Positions 26,663 to 42,805 are shown, counted from the stretch's first letter. The stretch: 64,000 bases of DNA from Octopus vulgaris (GCA_951406725.2 OX597817.1:95542001-95606000); one strand, 5' to 3'. The notes: generated from the letters alone by a model not told the origin. Numbers and translations: made by a program.

Positions 26663-29182
26663 GTCTTTTTCATATCCCAGAGTATGGTTGCTTTCTCGTT
26701 TTCTGTGACCTTTTCTGGTGTGTGCCTATACCATCTTTTTTCTGTTGTTATTCCATAATGTTGGCATAGCTTCCAATGTATGTAGGTTCCAACTCTGTCA
26801 TGTCTGTGAATATATTCCTTCTTAGCCAGGACTGGGCAGCTAGAGATAATATGATTTATTGCTTTTTGTCCATCTCCACATATTCTGCAGTTACTTGTTA
26901 TATTTCTTTTCCTTACATGTTTTTGGTAATTTCTGGTGGGGAGGCTTTGGTCTTGTGCTGCAATTAAAAATCCCCCTGTCTCTGCTTTGAGTCCTGAGCT
27001 TCTCAACCATTTCTGGGATTTTTCTTTGTCTATTTCTTTTGTGTTTAGTTTAGTCCAGTATTTACCATGAAGGGGCTTTTCTTGCCATCGTTTTATCATG
27101 GTTCGTTTCTGTTCTATTTTTAGTTTGGATTTCATTTGTTTTATAGCTTTTGTTGTTTCTTCATCTTCTTCTTCTTCTTCATATTTATTAGGTGGTACAA
27201 TTTCTTGTTTGTATTTGTCAGCTTCCTTAAATACTGAGAACAGTTTTTGTTTTGCTCATGTTTTGCCGCTATTTGTATCAGTTTTCCTTCCTTCTGAAGT
27301 AGATATTTCTGCAGTCCTATGGTGGTTATTTTATAGTAGTTTTCCAGCTGTATAAGGCCTCTACCACCTTCTATACGTTGTATATATAGTCTTTTTATGT
27401 CAGATTTTGGGTGATGCATCCTAGATCCTGTCATTATTTTTCTTGCTTTCCTATCTATTTTGGTCAGTTCATTTAGTGTCCAGTTAAGGATATTGTAGCT
27501 GTAACTTATAACTGGGACAGCTAAAGTGTTAATACCTATTATCTTGTTTTTAGCATTGAGCTCTGTTTTTAGTATTGATCTAACTCATCTATAATGTTTT
27601 TTTAAATATTTTCTCTTTCATTTGTGTGTTGTGTCTTATCTAGTTCATGGATTCCTAAGTATTTGTAAGTTTGGCTTTGGTCTAATTCGTTTATTTCATT
27701 GGTTTTATCTAGTGTGATGTTACTACTCTTAACTAGTTTTCCTCTTTTCATGGTTACTTTGGCGCATTTTTCTAGTCCAAATTTCATATCTATTTATTTG
27801 ATAAATCCATGAACTGTCTTTAATAATGTTTCCAGCTGTTTGTCATTTGCAGCGTATAGTTTTAGGTCATCCATATATAAAAGGTGGCTGATCGTTTTGT
27901 CGTAACATTTATATCCGCATCCAGTTCTATTTAGCATATCAGATAGAGGTGACAGTGCCAAGCAGAAAAGGAGTGGAGAGAGCGTGTCTCCCTGGAATAT
28001 TCCTCTTCTAATGGGGATGGCTTTGGTTTTCATGAGTCCCTCATTTGTTTGGAGCTGTAGCACTGTTTGCCATTTATTCATAGAGTGCCCTATGAATTTT
28101 ATAATTGTTGGTGCTACTTTGTTAATGGCTAGTGTTTCGAGGATCCATGTGTGGGGGATGCTATCAAACGCCTTTTTGTAGTCGATCCAGGCCATACTGA
28201 GGCCTTTCTTCTGTCTGTGGCTGTCTTCAGTTATGGCTTTATTAATCATTAGTTGATCTTTACAGCCATATGAGCCTTTGCGACATCCTTTCTGCTCTTC
28301 TGGAAACAGGTTGTTTTCGTCCAGGTGCTTGTTCAACCTTTGCGATATCACTGTAGTAAATGCCTTGTACATTGTAGGGAGACAGGTTATTGGTCTGTAG
28401 TTTTCTGGTTTTGCTGTCTCATTTGATTTGGGAATTAAGATGGTTTTCCCTTCGTGAGCCATTCAGGCATTGTCTCTGGCTCTGCTAGTATGTTGTTAAA
28501 GTTTTCAGCCAGCTTTTTGTGCATTCCTGTTAGATATTTCAACCAGAAGTTGGGGATCTTGTCATGCCCAGGTGCCTTCCAGTTGCTTAGTCTTTGCAGT
28601 GCCTGGGTTACCTCTTCAGTTGTTATGGGGGTCCAAAGTTTCTCAGATGCTTTTTTTTTGGTTGTTCGTTCGCCGACCATATTTCTCTCCAGAATTCTTC
28701 CACTTCTTCTGCCGTTGGTGCTGCAGTGATTTCTATTTTATTTTTGCCAAGTTCTTGGTAGAACTTTTTGGGGTTGGAGTTGAACTTTTTGTTTTGTTCA
28801 AAGAAGCGCTGGCGTTTCTCGTACCGGCGGATCCTTTGTGCTTTGGCAAGGATATCTTGCTTCAGCTTTTCTTTTATCTCAGGTAAATCTTTTTCTGTGA
28901 TGTTATATTTTTGTTTTCTTTTTGTTGCTCAGTAGCGTTGATTGTCTACTGATTTCATTTTTTTGTATTTTGTTTTGGATGTTATTTATCCACAGGGTTT
29001 GTTTGGGTGGTGGTACTCCTGTTTGGATGGGTTTGAGTGAGTATCCAGCTTCTTTTGTGGCTGCAGTGGCTGCTGCGTATACTAAGTCATTTAGCGCAGT
29101 GATATCGCTTTTTGTTTCAGTGGCTATTAGTTCCGTGACGGCTAAGTTTATGCTGTTTGTAATTGGTGTTGTTGTTTCGTCT
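26663..29182 (-). mobile_element. R4/Dong-clade retrotransposon pseudogene (pre-RT region, RT, thumb, CCHC; 3' truncated)
   Basis: WKAPGHD, YRPITCL, DYKKAFDS, RGIFQGDTLSP, YMDD, YKYLG, GGRGL, CRIC..H..C and RHD across frameshifted ORFs; (TAA)n at the 5' boundary. Confidence 0.92.
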
Positions 29183-29193
29183 ATTATTATTAT

Positions 29194-30146
<953 letters not shown>

Positions 30147-30382
30147 TATTATTATTATTATCATTATTATTATATTAAAGCTCACAACTTACATTGCTGG
30201 GTATGATGGAATGTGTCAGGTGTCCACAGCCAGCAGATTAAGGTGACACTTGTTTACTGGTCTTGCTTCAGGATTTTGCACTTGTCACTTTCTCATGTGT
30301 TGTCTATTCTGTATTTTATGTTATCGTTATCGTTATCGTTATTATCGTTATTATTATTTTTATTATTATTATTATTATTATT

Positions 30383-31272
<890 letters not shown>

Positions 31273-31282
31273 AATTATTATT

Positions 31283-32035
<753 letters not shown>

Positions 32036-32095
32036 TATTATTATTATTATTATTGTTGTTGTTGTTGTTGTTGCTGTTGTTGATGTTGTTGTTAT

Positions 32096-32190
32096 TTTCA
32101 TCAGCATCTTTCAATTCTGTTTTTATTTCTTCCTGGGTGTCTTCCTGACACCTAGGGTAGGGAAACGTACTGTATGCATTGGTAATCTAG
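32096..32190 (-). mobile_element. R4/Dong 3' UTR remnant
   Basis: Reverse complement TACCAATG..CCCTAGGTGTCAGGAAGACAC..AGAAAT..TTGAAAGA matches 6115-6191. Confidence 0.7.
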
Positions 32191-32405
32191 TCTTCTTCTT
32201 CTTTTTCTTCTTCTTCTTCTTCTTCTTCTTCTTCTTCTTCTTCTTCTTCTTCTTCTTCTTCTTCTTTCTCCTCCTCTTCTTCTTCTTCTTCTTCTTCTTC
32301 TTCTTCTTCTTCTTCTTCTTTCTCCTCCTCCTCTTCCTCCTCCTCCTCCTCCTCCTCCTCCTCCTCTTCTTCTTCTTCTTCTTCTTCTTCTTCTTCTTCT
32401 TCTTT
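32191..32405. repeat. (CTT/CCT)n polypyrimidine microsatellite
   Basis: Directly visible. Confidence 0.95.
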
Positions 32406-32664
32406 TAATCTACGTGTTTTGTACGATCAATTGCTAGATAACACCCAGTGACTTAGGGCAAGTGAATGTCAAGAGACCTTTAGATTTAATTGAAAATTTG
32501 CGAGAACAAGTGGAGAGGACGGTACAGAAATACACTCATGCAATACAACGTGCATGTAAAACACTGTATAAGAAAAAATAATAAAAATGAAATTGAAAAC
32601 GAAATTGTAATAAAAATATATATATATATAAACAAATTATAATTGTACTCATAATTTTACCTCA

Positions 32665-33020
32665 CTTCATCTTCTTTGCTTACTTATTTCTGGGTGGGTC
32701 GTTGGGGGTAGAGTCCACCAGGTTCTATTAGAAGCAACCGTTTCCAATTTACTCGACTGGATTCCTAAGTGAGTCCAATCGACATCCAACCACTTTGTCC
32801 ACTTGGTTTTGCTCATAAAACCTATCCCGCAATTCTTTCCCGAGACATTCTCTACCACATGTCCGTAATATCAGAGAGTTGTAGCGGCTCTACCTGAAAC
32901 ACTTCTCTGATACCCGAGCTACGAACTCAATCGAGTAACGTTAATCGAAAGACGCTTCGGAGGAGCCTTATTTCTGTTGCTTGTGATCGCGATTGTATTC
33001 TTTCGCTGTATGTGAGTTCA
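32665..33020 (-). mobile_element. RTE-like LINE 3' fragment
   Basis: QATEIRLLR.. and KWLD..ASNRTWW relics in ORFs 32927-33112 and 32667-32858. Confidence 0.55.
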
Positions 33021-33128
33021 CATAATACATACATACATACATACATACATACATGTCTCTCTCTCTCTGTATATATATATAGTGGTTGTCTACTTATGAA
33101 GAGTCTGACCACCTTTTGTTCCTACACA

Positions 33129-34045
33129 TCATGGCGTCTGATGTGGCCTTTTTAAACCAGACAATGCATTGAAAAGACACCCATATAGATTGCATATCCA
33201 ATTTGGATCATGAAGAGCTGCAGTTAAGTCATGACCTTTTTGTATCTTAAAATGTATTTTGAGGCCTCCGTTAGAATTGCAGACCTTATGGCATACATGA
33301 CATTGAAAGGTGTGCACAGATATATAGCCAGAATAGTTGGTGGAGGTTCGTTTTTCATGGGTCATCAAATGAGATTTGAGCCCAGCAAAAGTAAGGTATG
33401 GTCTTTCAAAAACTGTGCACACAAAAAGGTTACTGAGATCCACTTGATCGTAACATTCTTCTTTAAATCTCTCAGGTGTTATCCTGGCCGCCTCAAACGC
33501 TTTCACTCCACTCCACGCATTTGTTCGCCATCCAGCTCGATCCGAAGCAAGGGTTTCTATGGCCTTTGGATCCATTCCAAGTGAATTCATGGTAGTCCTT
33601 ATGCCATCCTTAAAGCTCTTTTTTAGGTTTACACCGATTGCGTTTCCTCTCTACAACCTCGCCATGAAACAGCTGTCTGGGTATGCGTTTATCCGCCATT
33701 CGAACAATATAGCCATACCACCTCATTTGATTTTTCAGAATCACTGATTTAATTGAAGTGATGCCTGCAGACGCAAAGACATCTGTGTCTGGAGTAAAAA
33801 ATTCCAATTTTATGTTTAAAATTCGGCGAAGGCAGTTTTGGTGGATTCGTTCTAAAAGTTTGAAATGTCTTTCATAACACGTCCGTGTTTCAGAAGAATA
33901 CAACAGAGATGGTAAGACAAACGATTTGTAAAGAGCCAATTATGTGTTGTTATTTATATGTCGTTGGTGCCAAACGTGTGACTCCAAACTACCAAATGCT
34001 TGTGCTGCCCTTTGAATTCGCAGATGTATTTCTATCCAGGAATAG
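33129..34045 (-). mobile_element. RTE (BovB-like) LINE C-terminal fragment with three decayed C2H2 fingers
   Basis: VLPSLLYSSET..CLRRIL..RWYGYIVRM..RIPRQL..DRAGWR followed by three Cx2C-x-GLKxH-type repeats. Confidence 0.85.
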
Positions 34046-34872
34046 AAGATAACTACTAAATACCTGATAAACAAGAGAGGCACAGAAGCCATCAAACTTC
34101 CACATTGTGATAGAAAATGTCATTTATGCTATACCAGTGTGGAGGATATCACCAACATCATCAGCAGCTTCCCTAAATGTCTATAAGGTTCTACCTACAT
34201 CAATACTTGCAAAGCCTATTTACATTACTATTCTCTCGAAGCGTTACCTTGACGGATACATGGAAAGCATGTCGGAACCGAAGTGTATACACCTTTAAAA
34301 ACAAGGAATATTGGTGAAATATTCCAATAAAAATAACACTCCGGTGAAAACACAAAGGACTTGATATTGTTCATTGGAGCAGGGGACAAAAGTTATGCAC
34401 TCTTGTAGAGGTTAGCTGCCCAGCGGATATATAATCAAAAGTTCAAGAAAAAGAAAATATTTATGTTGAACTAAAGCGGAACTTAAAGCTCTTGTACCCT
34501 GGCTCTAAATTTTCTTTTGTACCTGTCATCATTGGTTCATCAAACTATGTAAGTAGGGTTTTGCATAAAAATCTAGAATTCTTAGGATTTTTTATGATAC
34601 AGCAAAAGAAACTGACGCGCTCCTTCCAAATCAAATTTTCACTTCCATTTTAAACTGTTTTCTTACCTAATATTCACTCCGTCCACGTGAAACTGTTGAT
34701 GTGAATACATATATGCAAGTATAATTTTTTATTTTGCTAATTGTTTATGACACTATATTCAGTGATATACGGAAATAACAGTTCGCGATATACAAGAGTA
34801 TATAATAGGGATATACGGAATAATAGGAATATAATAGGGATATACGGAATTAACAGTTCGCGATATACAAGA

Positions 34873-34930
<58 letters not shown>

Positions 34931-34934
<4 letters not shown>

Positions 34935-35615
34935 ACAATAAAGGAACGGCCATAATAGGCCATTCACCCACTAGAAATAACAGCCAAAGCTTCAACCGCA
35001 AATAAAAGTTAATTCAGTAAACCAGGAGAAAATTTAAAAAACATTTACCCTGTAATTTCTTATACGATATACCGTTTCATCTGCTGATTAATGGTAAACT
35101 AACCTGATTAAATTAAATCAAGCTAATCTTCCACAGGCCCTCAGATTCTTCAGTAAGAAATAGCCCAAGACGGAACAGATATTTTCACGAGGCATTTCCG
35201 ACGTTGCCAAGTTTATATCTGACCTAAAATTTTCAAATCGTCGCACTCGCGCCAAATTTATCGGCAGCAAATAAATATAAGCCGTCGATTCCATTACGGA
35301 ATTAACCAGAAAATTCATAATTAATCAATATAGGGTGGCAAAAAAAATTTTGTAGAATTCTTTTGCCACCAGCGGCCTAGTAGGAAAAAATTAAAATAGT
35401 CATAGACCATTTTTAAGTTCAACATCAACAATAAAGGAACGGCCATAATAGGCCATTCACCCACTAGAAATAACAGCCAAAGCTTCAACCGCAAATAAAA
35501 GTTAATTCAGTAAACCAGGAGAAAATTTAAAAAACATTTACCCTGTAATTTCTTATACGATATACCGTTTCATCTGCTGATTAATGGTAAACTAACCTGA
35601 TTAAATTAAATCAAG

Positions 35616-35620
<5 letters not shown>
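34931..35620 (-). mobile_element. Non-coding HHR-bearing partial-tandem element (493-nt unit) embedded in (TA)n
   Basis: 34931-35127 is repeated at 35424-35620 with no differences seen; (TA)n on both sides; no credible ORF. Confidence 0.88.
35055..35161 (-). ncRNA. Type I hammerhead ribozyme with long helix II
   Basis: ATTTCTTA-CTGAAGA-ATCTG..CAGAT-GAAA-CGGTATATCG-TA-TAAGAAAT. 8-bp helix I, intact core, near-palindromic helix III, GUA site at 35063/35062. Confidence 0.9.
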
Positions 35621-35660
<40 letters not shown>

Positions 35661-36255
35661 AACTTACTAAGGATTCTCTATTGTCTGGTCCGGGCGGAGA
35701 TTTTGGCAAGAGGCAATGAGTTACTACATTGGATGACACCAATCGTTGTGACGACATCAATACATTGAATTCAGTGCTTTACCCGTTCGTCTATTTTACC
35801 ACCCTCAATACTAAATATTGATTTCGTATCTGTAGAATTTCCACAACTTTGCATGGAATGGTATTTTCAACAGAGCAGAGCTAGTATATTGTTGTACATG
35901 ATATACTGACTATCAACTCTACAGAGGAAAAGAAAAAACCATCTATAATGGGATCTGAATTTAGAACATTGGATATAGGTAAATAATGCAAAACATTTCA
36001 TTCAGTGAGTTAGCGTTTCAATAATACCACCACTGTAATATTTATTTAATATTAAATGGCTTATTGTTAAAATATATAATGTATATTGTGTACATATGTT
36101 AGTATATATACATATTTTCATTTATTCATTATTATGTGCATTTGAATATGTGCGAATATGTGTGTGTTGCGAAGGATTCTACAATAGATACCCTGCCACA
36201 TAGTATATACACACATATGTAAATATGTATATGTATGTATACCAAAATCTAAATT

Positions 36256-36295
<40 letters not shown>

Positions 36296-36348
36296 CATAC
36301 ATACATGCATATACACACATACATCTATATAAATGTGCATATGAGAGA

Positions 36349-36406
<58 letters not shown>

Positions 36407-36620
36407 GTGAGTGAGAGATTCATTATTTTTATCTGATTCGTTAAATCTTTTCCGATAACATCGTTTAATGTTATTAACATAGCACTTAACAGAAAACTCT
36501 TTTCAAAAGAAATAGAAGTATATGTATATAAATATTGTAATCTCTTTCTCTATTTCCTTCTCTCTCTCTCTCTCTCTGTATGTGTATGTATGTACATACA
36601 CACACACACACACACAGCAG

Positions 36621-36658
<38 letters not shown>

Positions 36659-37073
36659 TCGGGGGGAATACCAAAATATTAAATGGGTTATCCATACATG
36701 ATGACGAAGTTGTCAAGTTGTGCCACCGATTTAATTGGTTTTGTAACTCCCTTTGTATAATAACGAAAGATTGCAGAAGAAAGTCCCCAAAATAGTACAA
36801 GAATAACGGTGGGGGAAAGACAAATGTTATGAAATTGAAAAAGAGAGGAACAGTGTAGATGGTCAGATAGAGAGTACTATATGCTGATATAGAAAGAGAA
36901 CAGATTACAGGATATGAAGAAATAAATTTTAGAATCCACACCACATTAACATTGTACTTATTTCACTACAGTAGATCTATCTTTTAATATTAATTTTGAG
37001 TTTCTAATTTAAAACAATAGAATGTTCTAAATGAAAATCATTCAAATTTAATTATAGAGTATGTCTGTATATT

Positions 37074-37250
37074 GGTTTCAAAGTTTGGCACAGTCAGCAA
37101 TATCAGGCGAGGCGGGGCTAAGTCGATTACATCGACCCGGGGAAAGGTAAAGTCAACCTTGGCGGTATTTGAACTCAGAACGTAAATATGGACGAAATGC
37201 CGCTAAGCATTTTTTCCAGCGTGCTAACGATTCCGTCATCTTGCCACCTT
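37074..37250 (-). mobile_element. Family A SINE with an ~18-bp target-site duplication
   Basis: AGAGTATGTCTGTATATT (37056-37073) and AAAGTATGTCGATATATT (37251-37268) flank the copy. Confidence 0.8.
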
Positions 37251-38518
37251 AAAGTATGTCGATATATTAATTAGTGTATAGAGTTGGCAGTAAAGTTGGC
37301 TGAGACATGAGAGCGCTGGATTAAAGTATATTACCAGATTCTGCACTTCACTCTGATTGACGTTGTACTTATTTCTTATCAATCAGTGGTATACTGGATT
37401 CGATGTCAGAGCATATAAGTAATATCTATGGAAAGCCCTCTAGTGCAAAATGTACACTTATTTTATAGACTGATTTTCTTATTCGATAGACTGGTGAATG
37501 ACAAAGCTTTTTTGGTTGCATGCCTAATGAATGTATAAATTAGTGTATTTCAATATTAGGGTGACTAGTAGATATTGAATTTGAATTTTATTGTTAAGAA
37601 TATTGGTCTTTCGTGCAAAATTTGACTGTTTCACAACCTCTCTTCTCTGGCGATTGTATCACAGAGAAATGTGCATACATACTTGAAAGGATTCTGCCAT
37701 CTTGCCGCCTTAAAGTATGTCGATATATTAATTAGTGTATAGAGTTGAAAGGATCATTCGTATAAAATTATAATTAATATCAAACTGTAGCCAGCAATAT
37801 AAAAATAATTTTACAAAGCTGTGCATCGATATTCTGAGTATGATTTCAATCTTTCATTTTTATCTTGATGATACGTATCTAATCTTATTATTTTTTTTGA
37901 GTCACGAGAGATTGCTTGATCTTCAAGAAGTAGCAAATCTCACTCATTTGATACTCAACTATCTTAATAAGAGTGTTCTGGATGCACACTTTACATGAAA
38001 AAGTGATGACTGGATGACTGTAACGCTTTGAATATTGTTTTCTAGATCAGGACTGACATCAGGCGAGACAACAGCAACAATCGCTAATGTTTGCTACTTG
38101 CTCTTTTCTTTCTATGCATACATTGGAAAATTGTATGGGAAGGACAAGTTAATTCGAAACCTACTCTTTGTATCCGATAATTTTGTGGATTTAGCACATG
38201 CAGCTGGGAATAATGTTTACTTCTTAAAAACCCCTTTGCTAAACTGCTTAACAGAAATGTGTTATCAGAACATTTCAGGCAAAAACAGATGAGAATTTCT
38301 TATCAATTAAAAATCTACTTAAGTTTTCCTATTGCTCTTGCGGTGTCAACGTTTCTTCTAAAAATATACGCCTTTATAGTTCTATAAGCTTTTAGGCGTT
38401 ACTCGTGAATACATACATATATGCATACATACATACATGCATACATACATACATAAATGTGTGTGTCTGTGTATGTGTGTATGTGTATATATAAATACTA
38501 ATTTATATTTCTCATTTT

Positions 38519-38731
<213 letters not shown>

Positions 38732-38784
38732 GTATATATATATACATATGTATGTGTGTATACACACACACACATGTACGTATG

Positions 38785-39051
38785 TTTATCTTGTATCTTT
38801 TAGTCATTAGACTGCAGCCATGGCGGAGAACCGCTTTGAGAAATTTTAGTCGAATGAATCCCTCTCAGTACTTATCTATTTAAGCCGCCTTATTGTATCG
38901 GAGATTTTTGCCGAACCGCTACATTACGGGGATGTTAACATACAGGCACCGGTTGTGAAGCGGTGGTAGGGGACAAACACAGATATAAAGACACATATAC
39001 ACACACACACACATACACGCACGCACACACACACACACACTCACACACACA

Positions 39052-39087
<36 letters not shown>

Positions 39088-39240
39088 GAGCGGACTTCTT
39101 TCACTTTCCGTCTACCATTCACAAGGCTTTTGTCGGCCCTAGGCTTAAGTAGAAGAAACTTGCTCGTGCCACACAGTGGGACTGACCCAGAACCATGTGG
39201 CTGGAGAGCAAACTGCTTGTCAGACAGCCACGCCTACGCG
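38785..39240 (-). mobile_element. Family B (CORE-type) SINE, diverged
   Basis: Reverse-complement similarity to 50849-51255. Confidence 0.8.
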
Positions 39241-39364
39241 TTTGTGTATATGTGTTTGTGTATATGTGCATCTGATTATATAAACTTTGCCGTCTGATTA
39301 TATAAACTTTGCGTTTGTGTATATGTGTTTGTGTATATGTGCATCTGATTATATAAACTTTGCC

Positions 39365-39809
39365 GTCGGACGAAATTCTCTCTCACTCGCCACACGACAT
39401 TCTGTTGTCCAGATTCTTTCACTGCTGCCCGTCTGTACCTTTGATTCACCGGAATATTATCATCGCTATCGGAATCATCTGATTCTGAATTAGGAAAATA
39501 CTCACTCTCCGAGTCATTGTCCGAACCGGAAGAAACAACTGGTGAGGTGGTAGAGTTTGGAGTAGCTTGGCGCGACGACCATAAATTCGATAAAACAGGA
39601 CGCAACAACGAAGTTGACGGAGCCTGAGTGGCAGGATCAGCCCATTGGGTTGTAAATATTTACATGAAACATCTAATCGGCCTATCAGGTGGAAGGTGGA
39701 CCGTACTAACTCAGGCGGCAGGTTTTAAATCAAGCCGCGTATAATTACGTCGACCAATTTAAAGCATGTACACTGCGTGCATAAATTTACGTTAATCGTT
39801 TTAACAGGG
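39365..39809 (-). mobile_element. piggyBac-like transposon 5' end
   Basis: Minus strand begins TTAA|CCCTGTT (39813-39803) and leads into an acidic N-terminal peptide SGSDNDSESEYFPNSESDDSDSDD..W. Confidence 0.6.
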
Positions 39810-39896
39810 TTAATTCTCTGATCACAACTACCAACTGCCCCGAAGATATCTGTCTCATCTTACCGTTCTCCCCCCCTCACTCCCCCTCTCCCCCCA

Positions 39897-39957
<61 letters not shown>

Positions 39958-40399
39958 TTATCTATCTTTCTGTCTCTCTCTAGGAGACTCACAACTTCTC
40001 TTGACTCTCTACATTTATTTAAACATTAGTGGCACAGATACGGAAGCCTTAGCGATCTTGACCCATCAAATACTTTTATAACTCTTTTGAATGCAAAGTC
40101 CAACCTTTATCCTATTATTATCACAATCTATTGGGTCGTTTGTCAAATTGTAGTTAGGGTAACTCAGTACGTACGTCTACCTATGCTGGGTAGAATCAAG
40201 ATTAGACCGAAACTCATCAACATAAGAAAATTGAAGGTTTCCAATTGACTTTGTTTGGAAAAATGCCTCAGTAACTGGTCTTCGACCGTATGTATACATT
40301 AATTGTGATATGCAGATAGCTATTTTAATAGCAGGCATATACCTCAAGTTTATGATTCCTGAATATGAGTCATAAACTTGACTTCCCCACATTTTGTGC

Positions 40400-41100
40400 T
40401 ACTGTTTATATTTTAACCTGCACTTTCCTAGGTTGTCAAGGCTATCCAGAGTCAAGATATCTTGGCTATTGTAACCATCTTGGTCTGAGAGAACGTAGGG
40501 TAAATTATGCCTTGTGTAGTTCATTTCCATTTCTCCTTGACTAGATCCAGTTTGAACTCTTCTCAGCTGCTCCTGCCATTGCCTTGAGAGCTCTGGTTCT
40601 CTTTTTCACAGATACAAATCCTGAGAGCTGTTTCACGAGATCGTAGGCAGATCTGCTCACAAACACTCTCGCTTCCACCTTTGCGGAAAGAAATTTTCTT
40701 GGAAGCCAGGTTATCACAATTTGAGGGTTAAACTATTATACCTCTAAGTCTTGTAGATGTGGGCTTTCTTCATTTTACTTTCATATGGCATGCTGAGTTA
40801 AATCAGAACCACTTGTTTTGACGATAGTGAATTGGGTACAATATCTGGTCTCATACCAATCTTGTTTATGATTTCGGGATGGATTTTCTATTCTGGAAGG
40901 TCTGCTGAGCACTCACAGCCAACCGCTCCGTCCAGTAGAATCCACTTCAATTGGTACAGTTGTTTCAGGCCAAAATTTTCGCTTCTTATTGTGTAGAACA
41001 ATGGTGGAGCTTCTGGTGGTGGTACAAGTTGCATAAAAGATGTATTGAATGCATTTGAATGCACCTGCAAGTATTTCTCCTTCAGGCTGAAGACTTTATC
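40400..41100 (-). mobile_element. Hero/NeSL-like RLE non-LTR retrotransposon 3' fragment
   Basis: MRPDIV..KQVVLI..MPYE..AHIYK..KVEARVFV..AAEKSSNWI on the minus strand, with stops and frameshifts. Confidence 0.7.
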
Positions 41101-42463
41101 ACGTATTTGTATACGATGCATACTTTTTCTCATTCTTTTTCTTATCTAATTTCTTTGTAAACTGCAACACATGTTGCGTAAGAAAAATACACCTGACAGT
41201 AATTGTTCCGACTATTTATGTTCTGAGTTCGAATCTATCTCCAAAGATAACTTTCCCTTCATTTCTTCGGGGTTGATAAAATAAAGTACCATTCAAATAA
41301 AACGTCTGAAAGATACCACAAAATCTGTATTTAACAACATATTTTGAGGCTGCATTTCTGATCTACGCTGATAATCAAATTGATTAACGATCTATATTTA
41401 CAGTCTATATTTACAGCTATATAAGTGTAAAAATTGATATATTTATAAACAAAATATTGGACAACAGTGTGTTAACCGAAGTTTGTTACAAAGAAATATA
41501 GAATCGGAACATCAAGTTATCTTGTAGCAAGGTGGCATGTACAATTGAATCAGACTTAGTACCTTATTGCTACTAATTTTCTTCACATTGAAGGGATCAC
41601 TGTCAAATACGTCTTCAGTGACATTGGAAAACCTCTGAAAACATCCATCCCTCTGCTCAAGGCAAATACTTCATTTTCCACTCTTTCTTACAACCAAAAT
41701 ACATGTAATAGCCAATTTTGATTATCTTCTTAAAATTTCTTCAATATCGAAACAGCCTTTTCAAGTACTAAACAAAGAAAAAGTTTCTTTCTAATAAAAA
41801 TGGAAAGAAAGTTGACGTTGGAATATCACCAATGACCCAAAAGACCACCAGTTCCTTGTCAATCAGAAAACAAAACGAAAAAAAACTGGCTTCTTCCTGT
41901 GAAAGACACTGATCCCTTCAAAATGAGCGAAAAAATCGAATGACTGGGCCAGGGCTGCACATGTTTAATGTTTCATATTTATTTAAATAACTAGTTTTAG
42001 TAGTTGTCATTCCCAAATAATTTTTTCTTGAGATAGAAAATACGGCGCCCAAATGTCAGAGATTCAAACGAGAGGCGTTAACTTCAAAAGAATATATGTC
42101 ACAACTACGCGCATATGAACATTAAAAAAAAAACAACTAGTAAATACATATCTTTCTTAAACTTCCAAAATAGAAATGTTATTTATAGTGTCACCCAAAG
42201 CTGTTTTTGAACAAAATAAAAGGAACAAAACAATTATTTGACATCCGCTTGCTTGAATTAGATGTTCCCTGCAATCAATTTTCAACAAAAACTACTCATA
42301 CGCTTAAAGAATGAATACACCCCAAAAGCATATACAGATTTATCTGAACACACACACACACACACACCACACACACACACATACAAACATACATACATAC
42401 AACTGTATGTGTGTGTATGTATGTATGGATGTATGTATGTACATCTCTATCTCTTTGTGTATG

Positions 42464-42497
<34 letters not shown>

Positions 42498-42504
<7 letters not shown>

Positions 42505-42804
42505 ATCACGTGACCGACCAGGCTATCAGATGTTGCTACACATCGCTGGTCACAATGCGCTTCGCATTGTTTTAGCCTTCAAATGACGCCACCCCGCTGG
42601 CTAAGCGAGCAGGCCAACAGAAGAAAGAGTGAGAGAAAGTTGTGGCGAAAGAGTACAGCAGGGATCGCCACCACTCCCTGCCGGAGCCGCGTGGAGCTTC
42701 CGGTATTTTCGCTCAATAAACACTCACAACGCCCAGTCTGGGAATCGAAACCGCAATCCTACAACCGCGAGTCCGCTGCCCTAACCACTGGGCCATTGCG
42801 CCTC

Positions 42805-42805
<1 letters not shown>
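42498..42805 (-). mobile_element. Family C tRNA-derived SINE within (TA)n
   Basis: Reverse complement GGAGGCGCAATGGCCCAGTGG..GTTTCGATTCC; matches 55743-56040. Confidence 0.85.

Noticed and set aside
40344-40395. NVGKSSL P-loop-like peptide on the minus strand and a 12-bp hairpin
   Set aside because: The peptide is followed immediately by a stop, with no other GTPase motifs or exon evidence.
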